From Candidatus Latescibacterota bacterium (GTDB lineage: Bacteria > Latescibacterota > UBA2968), in the NCBI GenBank assembly GCA_965198115.1, contig OZ240241.1:1536001-1600000 (forward strand): a stretch of 64,000 bases of DNA, given 5' to 3'. A program made the position numbers and the translations under genes. This document shows positions 9,214-19,649 of this stretch, piece after piece; position 1 is the stretch's first letter, and each line of letters begins with the position of its first letter. Under the pieces are notes generated by a model that was given only the letters and a program-made list of their open reading frames with translations, had not been told where the DNA came from and did no database searches.

Positions 9214-10507
9214 GTAGTACCTCTGGGGCCGTTTGGTCTTCTCCCTCTCTCGAAGCCAGTTGCCACAGAGACAGGCCACAGCCGACGATGATCCAGAACG
9301 TGATTCGGGTGAGCGGGAAATAGAGTGCGTCACAGGTCAGCATATCGACGAGGAAACCGACAACAGAAGCCGTAATCGCACGCGCCAGATCTCGATCTCG
9401 CGGATCCGGCAATCGGCGTTCAGCCTGTCGCAAGTGCACCAGCACGGAAACCATCAGAAGCACGAAAGCCGCATAGCCGGCAAGTCCCGTCTCGGCAAGC
9501 AGACGGAGGTGCATGTTATCGGGTGTGTCGTTGTAATCACGGTGGCGATCGGCTAAATAGCGGTAATGTCCTGTGCCTATCCCCAGAAGCGGCGCTTCGA
9601 GCAAGAGTCCGCTCGATTGCCAGTAAGCGACACCCCGCTGATCTGTCCTAAAACGCTGTAACTGGGCAATCGTGTCTCGGCCGGCCAGCGTCTCCCAAAC
9701 ACGATTCGAACTCAGCGCAATGACCGCAATTGCACCGGTCACCGCCGCAACCTTCAATCCCCGTCGTACCCCACGTCTCGCCAAATAATAGATCGCTGCA
9801 GTGAAAGCAGCCGCATAGGCGCCTCGCGTAAACGTAAGCAACAAACCGCCAAGCAGGAGACCACTGCCGATCGCAGCCGCCAAACGTCGCTGACCGTCGG
9901 AAGTCAGTGTGAAGTGTAGCGCGATCGGGAACAGCGTGGCGAAATAGGTACCCAGATAAACCGGATGACCGACGGTAGCCAGGATCCGCCGGCCGAAAGC
10001 GTCTGTGGCAAACCGTGCATAGCGTGGATTTAATAAACTGAACGCGTCTTCATACCACGGATTGGTGCCTGATACAAATTCGTAGATACCGTAGACTCCG
10101 ACACCCGCAGAAGCAGCTACACCCGTCACCAGAATCCAACGATATACACTATCGTGCGACCTAAGCGACACCAAGGCCCACGAGAGTAGCAAGCCGGTTG
10201 CCGCGTAGTATCCTGTCGCCAGCAGTCCGAGCCTTGGTACCTCGCTGCCAAGTGAACCGAGCATCATCGCGACCAGCCACGCGGTGGCAGGCCAAAAGGT
10301 GGGGATAACCCTGAACCGGGCTCCACTGGTCCTGACGAGTGCGACAAGCACCAACGAAAGGCCGGCGGGAAACCACGCTAAAGCCTGTTCGAGCCCTGCA
10401 GCATCCGCACCAAGTTTCAGGTAACGATGAGGCAGGACCGCAACAAACAAAAAAAGGAGGGCAAACCCTCCAGTGGTCGCTCTCGTCGCCCACAACAGTA
10501 TCATCAT
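9206..10507 (-). CDS. O-antigen ligase/polymerase (WaaL/Wzy_C) family
   Basis: Multi-TM; R..ATVGHP..LG.Y, LTFTRGA, PLLGIGTG, DNMHLRLLAETGLAG. Confidence 0.85.
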   Translation of the reverse strand: MMILLWATRATTGGFALLFLFVAVLPHRYLKLGADAAGLEQALAWFPAGLSLVLVALVRTSGARFRVIPTFWPATAWLVAMMLGSLGSEVPRLGLLATGYYAATGLLLSWALVSLRSHDSVYRWILVTGVAASAGVGVYGIYEFVSGTNPWYEDAFSLLNPRYARFATDAFGRRILATVGHPVYLGTYFATLFPIALHFTLTSDGQRRLAAAIGSGLLLGGLLLTFTRGAYAAAFTAAIYYLARRGVRRGLKVAAVTGAIAVIALSSNRVWETLAGRDTIAQLQRFRTDQRGVAYWQSSGLLLEAPLLGIGTGHYRYLADRHRDYNDTPDNMHLRLLAETGLAGYAAFVLLMVSVLVHLRQAERRLPDPRDRDLARAITASVVGFLVDMLTCDALYFPLTRITFWIIVGCGLSLWQLASREGEDQTAPEVLRV

Positions 10508-11166
10508 TCAGGCTCTGATGGATACCGATATGGCTCCCAGACGTAGGGCCGTTCGAAAAATCCTGGGGGACAAGTCAAATCGTCGATACTGCCGATTTCG
10601 CGGCTTGGATTTCCCACGACCACCGACCGCTCACGAACTTCGCGAACGACCACGGTACCAGCCCCAACCATGGCGTGTGCCCCGATCTTCACAGCTGGAA
10701 GGATTGTGCTGTTGGCACCGATTTTGGCGTAATCACCGACCGTCGAGCCTCCGGCACACTCTAGATAATGAGGACATTTCATCGGGTGGGGATCATCCGT
10801 AAAGGTCACGTTCGGTCCCACGAAGACGTGCACCCCAAGCTTCACATCCTCCAGAAAGCATCCCGTGTGGATTCGCGATCCACTGCCTACCCGGTTCCCG
10901 AATTCAAGGACTGCGTGCGTCCCCACACTTACATCATCTCCAATCTCGTTGTCCTCACGGATCGACGCTCCCTGCCCAGTCTCGAAATTTCGACCGATCC
11001 GCACGCCGGAGTAGATCGTCGTGAACGGCCGGATTACGGCTCCGTCGCCAATGACTGTCGCCAGTTCTCCATCCCCCTTATCTCGTGGAGGAAAACCAAT
11101 GATGCACGGGGGATGAATAACGACGTTTTCCCCCAAAGTGACGTTCTCGAATATCTGGTTGTCCAT
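10504..11166 (-). CDS. Hexapeptide-repeat sugar acetyltransferase
   Basis: Left-handed beta-helix repeats; IGANSTILPAVKIG..AMVGAGTVV; VVVGNP. Confidence 0.9.
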   Translation of the reverse strand: MDNQIFENVTLGENVVIHPPCIIGFPPRDKGDGELATVIGDGAVIRPFTTIYSGVRIGRNFETGQGASIREDNEIGDDVSVGTHAVLEFGNRVGSGSRIHTGCFLEDVKLGVHVFVGPNVTFTDDPHPMKCPHYLECAGGSTVGDYAKIGANSTILPAVKIGAHAMVGAGTVVVREVRERSVVVGNPSREIGSIDDLTCPPGFFERPYVWEPYRYPSEPE

Positions 11167-11245
11167 CAGGGACCTTCAGGCAGAATCTGGTTTACCAAGA
11201 ACAAAACGCCGATCTTCGTCCATCGTCCACTGTTCACCGTCTACA

Positions 11246-12263
11246 TCACTTTATCTTTTCCCTACCCCCACCGTTCCTGAGCGACCGATTCGCGGCCTCC
11301 AGGATCTGGACAACCTCTAGACCCTCCTGGCCCCCACTGAGTGGGTCACTCTTGCCAGAAATGCAGTCAAGAAAATGTCGGCATTCGACCTGTAAGGGTT
11401 CGGTACTCGCGAGAAACGGCGTGTAGATGTCCCCGTAACGATAAGAGAACTGGAAATCTCCGAACGTGTCGTAGTGGGCGGGACCGTCGACCCCCTTGTC
11501 GTAAATCTTGATCTTTTTCCAGTGGCTCGACGTCATCATAGATGAGCATCTTCTTGCTGCCTACAAACGTCGACTTCCGGACCTTGCTTGGATCTAGCCA
11601 ACTCACGTGCACGTAGGCGATCACGTTGTCGGGGAAATAGAGTGAAAGCATCGCGACGTCTTCGACGCCGGACAGGATATTCGAATTGCCCTGGGCTGAA
11701 ACAGCTTCAGGTTGGGAACCTAGCACGTAGGTCAGGATCGACACATCGTGCGGCGCCAGATCCCAGATCACGTTGATGTCCTTCTGGAACAGGCCAAGGT
11801 TCAGGCGACTCATACTGACATAGTAGATGTCGCCCAGATCGCCACTCGCCACGATGTCGCGCACGTGATTCACCGCAGGCGAATAGACAAACGTATGGTC
11901 TGCGAGCAGCACCAGGCCCCTACCTTCTGCAAGCGTGACGAGATCACGGGCCTCACTGACATCGGCTGTCAGTGGTTTTTCCACCAATACGTGTTTCCCG
12001 TTTTCCAGAGCCCCTCTCGACATTTCGTAGTGGCAGGGGACAGGAGTTGCCACGCAGACCGCATCGACGTCGCTAGCCACCGCAACTCGCCAGTCCCTCG
12101 TCGTTTCCACAGCAGGAAACAGGGTGACGACGTGATCCAGCCGCCTCGGGTCGACGTCACACACAAGGGTCACTTCGGCGTCGGGCAGGTGGCTGAAGTT
12201 CCGGATGAGGTTGGGACCCCAGTAACCCGCACCTATGACTGCAATTTTCGTTTCTCGAGCCAT
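11246..12263 (-). pseudogene. Gfo/Idh/MocA nucleotide-sugar oxidoreductase with a frameshift near 11515
   Basis: VIGAGYWGPNLIRNF, HVLVEKP, WDLAPHD; the C-terminus (IKIYDKGV...EPLQVECRHF) continues in another frame at an A5 run. Confidence 0.85.
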
Positions 12264-12268
12264 TGCGT

Positions 12269-13774
12269 CTATCTACCCCCACCAGACAACACAACGGGGA
12301 TGGTCTTGAGCAGAATCTTGAAGTCCAGCCACAAAGACCAGTTCTTGAGATAGTAGATGTCGAGCTTCACCATCTCTTCGAACGAGAGATCTGGCCCACC
12401 ACTGACCTGCCAAAGGCCGGTGATACCCGGTGTTCCCTTGAGTCGCTCGAGATGCCACGAACTGTAGTTTTCGGTCTCATAGGGGATCGGTGGTCGCGGC
12501 CCCACAAGACTCATCTCTCCTCGCAACACATTGAGGATCTGCGGCAGTTCGTCGAGACGATATTTCCGCAGTACTGACCCGATCCAGGTCACGCGGTTCT
12601 GGTTGACGATCTTTCCCGTCGGCTCCTGCCCTTCGATCAACTCCGCGTACGCAGCCTGCCGTTCCTTCTTCTGTTGTTCTTCACTCACGACCTGCATCGT
12701 TCTGAACTTCCAGAAATTGAAGGCTTTGCCGTGTTCTCCAACACGCGGTTGGGTAAACAACACCGGGCCCCTAGATCCCGCCTTGATGAGCGAAGAAATG
12801 AGGGTCCACAAGGGCAGAAGAACGATTCCTCCCACAAGGACGGCCGATACATCGAGCCCTCTCTTGAGCAGCCGGTCCCAGCTTCCCAGGTAGTGATCGT
12901 CCAGATCCAAAACAGGCACGCCATCGATCGCGCCGACCTTGACGTCCCCGCTGATCACTTCGAAAAGATCAGGCAGAATGTGGAACTTCAGGTTCTCGCT
13001 CTGGCATCGTCCCACGATATCCCGGATCGACTTGTGCGACGAGTTGGGCAACGCTACGATTACCTCGTTTGTCCCCTGAGATTGCGCGACGTCTGGGAGC
13101 ACATCGGTTCCTCCCATCACGCTAAGGCCCTGGACCGTCGCCCCGTGCGTAGCCGGATTGTCGTCGACAAAAGCGACCGGCTCGTACGCCAACCAGTAGT
13201 GTTTCCGCAGACGTTCAACAATACGCTGTCCAACAGGACCCGCCCCGACGACGACAACCTTCCGAATCCCGTAGCCACGCTTCAGAAACGACGAGTGAAT
13301 CGCGTCCACAATGACACGATTTCCGGTGAGAAGGACCGTCGCGAACGTTGCTCCTAAGATCACAACAAGCCTTGAAAACTCGAATCCCCAATACGTGGCT
13401 TCCTGATAACCGCGATACAGAAACAAGATCACAATGACCCCGACCGTGGCCAGCCCAACGGCCTTCAGAGCCAGGAAGAAATCGTCCACCAACTCGAGGG
13501 ACCGCGTGATACGGTAGGCGCCTGCAACGATCAGCCCGACCAAAGCGGCTGCGTTCCAGAAGTACAGCAAATACCAGTATGGCCTTGTGGGAACGTAAAT
13601 CTCGGGAGCGGACAAAAGAGCGGTGAATAGCTCGTTCGCCCCGCCGCTCTGCACTTCGAAGACGGCCGTCCGGCAGCGAAGCCAGAAAGCGGCAACGCCG
13701 GACAGGTTGACCATGATCAGGTCGAGTGCCAGCAGGAGAAAGAGCAGAGTAATGTGCAGCGTGCGGTAAGTCAA
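12269..13774 (-). CDS. Polyprenyl-phosphate sugar phosphotransferase (priming glycosyltransferase)
   Basis: N-terminal TMs, CoA-binding-like domain, KFRTM, LDELPQILNVLRGEMSLVGPRP, PGITGLWQVSG, DIYYLKNWS. Confidence 0.95.
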   Translation of the reverse strand: MTYRTLHITLLFLLLALDLIMVNLSGVAAFWLRCRTAVFEVQSGGANELFTALLSAPEIYVPTRPYWYLLYFWNAAALVGLIVAGAYRITRSLELVDDFFLALKAVGLATVGVIVILFLYRGYQEATYWGFEFSRLVVILGATFATVLLTGNRVIVDAIHSSFLKRGYGIRKVVVVGAGPVGQRIVERLRKHYWLAYEPVAFVDDNPATHGATVQGLSVMGGTDVLPDVAQSQGTNEVIVALPNSSHKSIRDIVGRCQSENLKFHILPDLFEVISGDVKVGAIDGVPVLDLDDHYLGSWDRLLKRGLDVSAVLVGGIVLLPLWTLISSLIKAGSRGPVLFTQPRVGEHGKAFNFWKFRTMQVVSEEQQKKERQAAYAELIEGQEPTGKIVNQNRVTWIGSVLRKYRLDELPQILNVLRGEMSLVGPRPPIPYETENYSSWHLERLKGTPGITGLWQVSGGPDLSFEEMVKLDIYYLKNWSLWLDFKILLKTIPVVLSGGGR

Positions 13775-13852
13775 AGGAAGGAAGGCCCGACTTGTGATGT
13801 AAGAAACGGTGTGAAGCCCTGGACCTCCGGCGTTCAGCTCGCCAAGACGGCC

Positions 13853-14385
13853 TCAGGCGAATTCAAGTATGGAATCGATGATCGTCGTGATCAGCGTCTG
13901 GCTTCGATTTCTGAGCTGATCGAGTTGCCCCACAATATCGGCGCGTTCCCTGCGGCCGAACTTGATCGCCGTCACATCTTCGGCCTGACGGACAAGGACG
14001 AGCTCCCCCTCCTCGGCGAGTCGCTGATCGATCGAGCCGACGGGCCCCGAAAAGATGCTGTAGACGGGCACGCCGAGGAGTGCGGCTTCCCGGTTCATCG
14101 TTCCGCCGCCGACCACGAGGTCGGCGCGAAGGATCAGATCCAGGCCGTTGACCGGTTGCTCTAAGCTATGAAAATTCAACGAGTTCTCCAAAATTTTGCC
14201 GATTTCTGCCCGCTGGGCCTGCGTCCACGGGGCAATCAGCCCAAACAGATCGTCCGCCTCGGGACTCCGGCTCAGAACTGCCTGAAACAGGGCCTCGTTG
14301 CGCGTGTCGTGGTAGTGGGCCGTCGTGGCCGGGGGCATGATCAGGGCGACGATACGGTCTGGGGATGGGTAAGCCCGCCAAGCTG
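13853..14385 (-). pseudogene. C-terminal fragment of a DUF354-like glycosyltransferase
   Basis: PPATTAHYH, ADLVVGGGTMNREAALLGVPVYSIF; N-terminal half absent. Confidence 0.7.
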
Positions 14386-14460
14386 ACCGGATCCGGCTCG
14401 GAATTCCCGAGCTACACCTCCTCTTTGTGGCCCGAACGCGATCGCCAGAAAGAACGGACT

Positions 14461-14727
14461 CTAAGCGCATCCGGCAGAAGAAACAAATGGGGGACGCTCG
14501 TAGTCGTAGAGAATCTGCCCACCGGAAAGAAGACCGCCAAGCGCCAGAACACACGGATACACTGGCGTCCAAATGCCAATATCCTCTGCCCGAACATCCC
14601 CCCTCAACACGCCTTCGGCAAAAGAGGTATAGGAATGCGTATCGCTAGCGCTTGCCGGAGGCACGAACCCAAGCCAGAGTAACTTCCACAGCGCTGCAAA
14701 AACGAGGAGCCACTTGAGTTCACCCAC
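14461..14727 (-). pseudogene. N-terminal fragment of a membrane glycosyltransferase
   Basis: TM segment followed by SD..SY..FA and TPVYP, like GT-C N-termini; truncated. Confidence 0.45.
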
Positions 14728-14879
14728 TTCCCGAAGTTTAGCAAGTATCCTTACGATGGCAGAATCACCTCAGGTAGAGACAGTGCCCTCATACATCCCA
14801 GGGGGCTCAGCTCGTCCAGCCTGTCCATCACCTTGCGGCCCGTCGGGCCGACGCCCTGTTCACGAGCAGTCTGAACCAC

Positions 14880-15079
14880 TTGACGCACCCCAGATCGGGC
14901 CTGGCTCTCGCCTCACCTACAATACGCTTGTCCGCCGTTTCCACCGTTGCCCTTTCGGTGCCGGGACTGATGACGGAGAACCGCGACTTCACGAGCAGGC
15001 ATCCCGAGGTCAGCGCAGCTGCGGGCACCGCCAGGACCGAGAGTTCACCCGTGCCCGTGTGCTGGAAAACCTGCTTCAT
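14880..15079 (-). pseudogene. N-terminal fragment of a bi-domain (Zn-ADH/Gfo) oxidoreductase
   Basis: MKQVFQ..TGEL.V..VP...LLVKSRFSVISPGTER...ARARPDL, the typical start of these polysaccharide-locus proteins; truncated. Confidence 0.7.
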
Positions 15080-16691
15080 TCGGGTGCCTCCCAGCGGAGC
15101 ATCGCGAGACCCGCCAGCGTGGTCCCTTCCCTGCCCGCCTTCGTGGCCAGGGCCCTGAAACGCACTTCTATCGTATCCGCTCTGCTCTTCAGCGCCATGC
15201 GGAAGGGAAACCACATACCCATCTTGATTGCTTCTTGCTCCCAAACAACCCTGTTGTTCAGCAGGATCTGGTATGTGACCTCCCCCCCAGAGGCGCCCGG
15301 CCTGAAAAGGTTCAACACACGTCCTGCCAGAACACGATGACGGTCGGGCAGGTCTGTTCGAAAGCGGATACTACCGAAGTTGTCCACGTCGTAACTTCGC
15401 CGACCAAGGGAGAACATGCAGGCTCCACCCATATGGGTGTAGCCCGCCACGCCACGATCACCATTCGTCGTGAAATCGACAGTCACCTTGGAAAGCAGCC
15501 CCTCGTACCGGCCAGGTTGGCGTTTCAACTCCCCGCTGACTACAGACGCTCCCACCCAGTCGGCAATGGCCTCCGCAATAGGCGATGGCCACTGGACCGC
15601 CAATGGCCGTTGTGCTCCCATTTGTGGGGGCTCCCGCCGGCCTCGTGATCTCTTTTGAAAGCAGGTGTCGAGTCGATATAGCGCCAATCCTGAAACACGG
15701 CCTTTCTGACCGCGGCTCGGTCCAGACCAAAAGGTGTGAGGGCCGATGTATACAGCGTCTTCCGGTATTCGAAAGGGAGAGGGAAATACGCTGGGATGAA
15801 CGCTGCACCATCATCTTCGACCATAGGCCGAAGCGCGTCGAGCTGAGCCCTCGTTACGCTGATCGATCGGACGACGAGCGAGTCCGCGGGCAGGTCAGTG
15901 CAAAACGCACGATGAACTGGGGAGAGATAATCCGACGGTTTCCCACCGAAAGCGTGAAAATAGAAGAATCTGACGTCGGCGATTCTGGCCGCAAGCAATC
16001 TGTTGAGACGGGATCCCTCAACAAGGACAAGGCGATCTTCGAGGGACTTCCTTTTGCGTACCTCGTATGCTCGGAAGGCGTTCTGCGATGTGCCGAGTGG
16101 CTGATAATTTCTACCCAAGTAGTAGGGAAAGAAGGTCGAGATGACAAGGTCCGGACTAAAGAATCGACCGTACGTCCGATACGCGTGGATTTGGAAGGGA
16201 AGCCCCTAGCCCGAGAGACCAAAAGCGATTACCTCGAAACGCGGGTCTCCTCCGTATCTCTCGTTCAGGAGTGATTCCAGGACTCGATGGTATGCCGCGC
16301 CGAGCGGTACCTGCCAGGCCTCCGTGTAGGAATCGCCTAGCACCAGCACTCTTATGACGTCTCGGGGTTTCGAGATCGTATGGTTCTCGTCATTAAAACC
16401 CAGATAATTCAGCTGATGCGTAACATCGAACTCCTTGATGACTCCCGTACTCCCCTGATAACGAAACTTCCCTCCGGGGACATTGATGACTCCACTCCCC
16501 TGATAACGAAACGTCCCCCCGGGGACATTGAACGAGTGGTATCGGACTCGTACAGTTTCCTGGGGATATATGAGCGCATAGCACTTTAGAGCGACCTCGA
16601 GCACAATCGTCGCCACGAGGATGCCAGCCAAGGGCAGAAGCAAGCGTGTCTCGGTTCCAGCAAGTTGGCGACGTGAGATCATCATCGGCAA
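15076..16691 (-). pseudogene. SGNH/GDSL-like membrane-anchored protein, disrupted
   Basis: N..GFND, RVLVLGDSYTEA; in-frame TAG at 16206-16208 reads on into the 15540..16118 ORF (F.PDLVI); a later frameshift leads into the 15076..15687 frame. Confidence 0.7.
16449..16531. repeat. Tandem duplication with ~45-bp unit inside the SGNH pseudogene
   Basis: ACTCCCCTGATAACGAAAC.TCCC.CCGGGGACATTGA occurs twice, giving NVPGG.FRYQGS twice. Confidence 0.85.
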
Positions 16692-17040
16692 ACCGGCGGT
16701 CGGCGTCCACGACCTTCTACGCCGTTGTAGCCGCGCACCACTTCGATGTCCTCCAGACCGGTCTCCTCATACCAGGAGCGAAAAGTTCTCACCGTCTGCG
16801 GAAGGTCGTAGGCCGGGGACAGCATATCGAACGTATCGAGATAGGCCCACTCCCTCAGAACATCATCGGATGCCTCTGGGAGCGGCCTCGAGTAGTCTGC
16901 CACCATCAAGCGCCAGTTGATGGCCAATCCCACGAAGGGAATCTGTCGTATATACCGTGCAAGCGGCCACACCGCGTCGATATATCGCTTGATCCGCCCA
17001 TACAGTCGTCGAGGGTAAAGGCGAGAGTGTCGTCGTCGAT
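16682..17040 (-). pseudogene. C-terminal fragment of a SAM-dependent methyltransferase
   Basis: EWAYLDTFDMLSPAYD.PQT...W....GL..IEV; no N-terminal SAM-binding motif present. Confidence 0.6.
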
Positions 17041-17180
17041 CGCCTGGAGCTTGCCCGTGGCCAGCGGAGGCCGGATCACGTATGGCACAACCGTTCCAGC
17101 CGGTCGCGCTCGCCGGCCTCGATGCGCGTGGCGGCTGAATCCTCGCGCGGAGAAGCACAGCGGCCCGCTCCGAATGCCTT

Positions 17181-17210
17181 GGACCGGTTCGAGTCCCGTC
17201 CGCTCCGCCA
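17181..17210 (+). other. Isolated tRNA 3'-end-like fragment (T-arm plus acceptor 3' strand ending CCA)
   Basis: GGACCGGTTCGAGTCCCGTCCGCTCCGCCA; no complementary 5' acceptor strand at the expected distance upstream. Confidence 0.45.
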
Positions 17211-17640
17211 AACACAAAGGGTCCGTACCGGGGACATGGTTTACACTTTTTCCGATATAAAAAGGATTGGGGCGCAAGTGTGGAGAGCTGCTTAAAAGCT
17301 CCGATAGGGCTGAAGGGAAGAGAACAGACCTCAGAGAGAACAGGGTCGATTCTGACGACCAAGGTAAAACCATTTGCTGTCGCCCATGAATCTTGAAGAG
17401 TCCTTCCGCTGGCAACTTAAGCCTGACGCAGCACTCGTTCATGTGATACGCGACCAGTTGATTCGGCGTGACTTGGTTGTTCGAGTTCGTCGGTCAGCCG
17501 TATCTTTCAGGCTGTTTTGAATAGTCTCACCAATTCAGTTGGTGTAGTCGGGGGTAAGCCTGAGAATCTCATCGCTATCATGCGCGGTGCCGGGTCCACA
17601 GACGCAGGCTGCGAACAATGGTGTGCCAGGCGCCCTACGA

Positions 17641-18149
17641 TCAAGACGGTCGCGGATAGCGCAGATCGTAGATCCCACCATCGATAATTGGATAGATCTG
17701 ACCACAAGAAGTGCAATCTAGTGATCTCGGCGACTCGACGAACTCACCACGGCAACGTGGACATTGAACAAGTGCAGATAGGTCTCGCTCATTGTATTGG
17801 CAAAGCGGTTTGCCCGGGGGGGTAACCCGAACAAAAGTATTGGGAGCAAGTCCCATTCCACCGAGCGGGCGTTGGAGCAACCGGTCAACTGCCGCGAGTC
17901 CGCCGAGAATCTTGACAATATGACGATTCCGAAATAGACCAGTGCCAAGGACCTTCTCAATCGTGAAGCCAGCGTCAGTAAGAGTCTGTGCCACGTACGC
18001 GGGATGAAGGTGTGACAGATAATCACCTTCTTCAATTTCATAGGGATGTATGTCGAAGGGCCTAAAGTGCCTTCGGCCAAGAGCCATCTTTACAATCTGT
18101 GGGGCGGAACGCTTGTTTGAGTAATTCAAGACTAGCTTTGATTCACCGG
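17641..18149 (-). pseudogene. Methyltransferase-like C-terminal fragment with a Trm112-like Zn finger, 5'-truncated by IS256
   Basis: CPRC...C.SC...YPIIDGGIYDL; abuts the end of IS256 copy 2. Confidence 0.65.
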
Positions 18150-19523
18150 GAGCTCAGGTCAATAGGTGTGTAAAAGAAATCAGGCGGCCATCTTCCCGGC
18201 TTCGACCTGCGGTCCGGTTGAGTGTTTCTGATCGTAGACTTGTTGTAGCAAGTGTGGCGCGGTGAGTTTCCTGAATCGGCTCTCTGCGACCTTGAGCGTA
18301 CGCCAGATGAGAGTCGTGGCGTTCCTGACTTTCTTGAATCGCCTGGCGGCGTTTGTGCGAAGCCGAACGGAAGCAAAGGGGCTCTCGACGACGTTCGTGG
18401 TTCTCAGGTGTTTCCAGTGTTCCTTCGGGAAGTCGTAGAACGTGACCATCCGATCCCAGTCTCTTTCGAGCGTCTCCACGGCGGCAGGGAACTGTGAGCG
18501 ATACCGTGCGGCAAAGCGTTTCCGGAGCTTCTCGGCCTCCTTTTTCGTGCCGGCATAGGGGATCTGGACGAGCAGTGCGCGGGCTTCAGCCTGTGCACGC
18601 TTGGCGACCTTGTCGAGCACGTTGAGGATCTTGTGGTTCCAGCACCGTTGTTGCCGGCTCTCTGGCCAGACCTGATCAACGGCCGCCCAGATGCCCATAT
18701 TCCCGTCCGCGGCGATCAGGACAGGATGTTCGAGCCCGCGATCCCGGAGATCCCGGAGCACCGTGAGCCAGGATTCTGTAGACTCTCGATAACCGGGTTC
18801 TATCGCCAGGATCTCCTTGCTGCCGTCGCTCATCGCGCCGATCACGACCAGCAGACACGCCTTCTCGCGCTCGAGCCCGGCTTTGACGTAGATGCCATCA
18901 GCCCAGGCGTAGACCAGTTCGCGATTATCCAGACGCCTTTCTTTCCAGTCCTGGAAGTCGACCTCCCACTTCCCTCGAAGACGAGCGATCGAGGTCGGCG
19001 AAAGCGGCGCGCCATCACCGAGCAGCGCACGCAAAGACAACTCGAAGTCGCCCTGGGAGAGACCGTGGAGATAAAGGTCGGGAAGCAGATCTCCAATGGC
19101 CCTGGTTCTCCAGGCGAACAGGGGGAGGATGCGGCTTTCAAACCGCTCTTCCAGACCACGAACCCGGGGACGCCGGACCTTGATCGTTCCGCAGCTCGTC
19201 GAGAGACGCCGGGGCTTGCCGTAGCCGTTCCTGTAGCCCGTGGAGCTATCAACCTCGGCTCGGCGCTCATACCACGACCGGCCCAAGAACGCGGTCGCCT
19301 CCTCCTCCAGAATGGACTGGAACCGGCCCTGGATCTCTTCACGGATCCAATCGTCAACCGTCTCCCACGTCGGCATGGACTTCAATGGGGTTCTATGCGT
19401 ATGTTCCTTCACGGCGATCCTCCTTCCCAACCGGGCCTCTCACCCGGTTTTGTGTGAATCAACTATCTCACGGGAAGGGTAGGGTCGCCCTTTCTCTTTT
19501 TCCACACCTTTTGATTATAGCTC
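18150..19523 (-). mobile_element. IS256-family insertion sequence, copy 2 (1374 bp, inverted relative to copy 1)
   Basis: Same IRs and length as copy 1; flanks ATTCACCGG and TTGGTCGGT do not form a duplication. Confidence 0.96.
18180..19430 (-). CDS. IS256-family transposase
   Basis: 416 aa; visible differences from copy 1 are A/T (HRAP/HRTP), R/T (DSSR/DSST) and R/W (FARR/FAWR). Confidence 0.96.
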   Translation of the reverse strand: MGRRIAVKEHTHRTPLKSMPTWETVDDWIREEIQGRFQSILEEEATAFLGRSWYERRAEVDSSTGYRNGYGKPRRLSTSCGTIKVRRPRVRGLEERFESRILPLFAWRTRAIGDLLPDLYLHGLSQGDFELSLRALLGDGAPLSPTSIARLRGKWEVDFQDWKERRLDNRELVYAWADGIYVKAGLEREKACLLVVIGAMSDGSKEILAIEPGYRESTESWLTVLRDLRDRGLEHPVLIAADGNMGIWAAVDQVWPESRQQRCWNHKILNVLDKVAKRAQAEARALLVQIPYAGTKKEAEKLRKRFAARYRSQFPAAVETLERDWDRMVTFYDFPKEHWKHLRTTNVVESPFASVRLRTNAARRFKKVRNATTLIWRTLKVAESRFRKLTAPHLLQQVYDQKHSTGPQVEAGKMAA

Positions 19524-19541
19524 TTGGTCGGTGAAGCGCAG

Positions 19542-19625
19542 GTCACTTCGAGCGGAGTCGAGAAGTCCCTGTTCGCTATTCTCGATGGGCGTGTTCTCCA
19601 CTACGCTCCACCGTGGGATGACAGC
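19542..19625. repeat. REP-like palindromic element
   Basis: GTCACTTCGAGCGGAGTCGAGAAGTC...TTCTCCACTACGCTC...GATGACAG; a related GAGCGGAGTCGAAGGG occurs near 37198. Confidence 0.5.
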
Positions 19626-19649
19626 AGGCTGCGCCCGCGAACAGGTCAT

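Noticed and set aside
17120-17210. Complete tRNA gene
   Set aside because: No 5' acceptor strand, D-arm or anticodon arm can be folded upstream; kept only as a 3' fragment.
1477-19523. Single composite transposon inserted as one unit
   Set aside because: Copy 1 has its own target duplication and the outer flanks do not match, so the insertions were independent.
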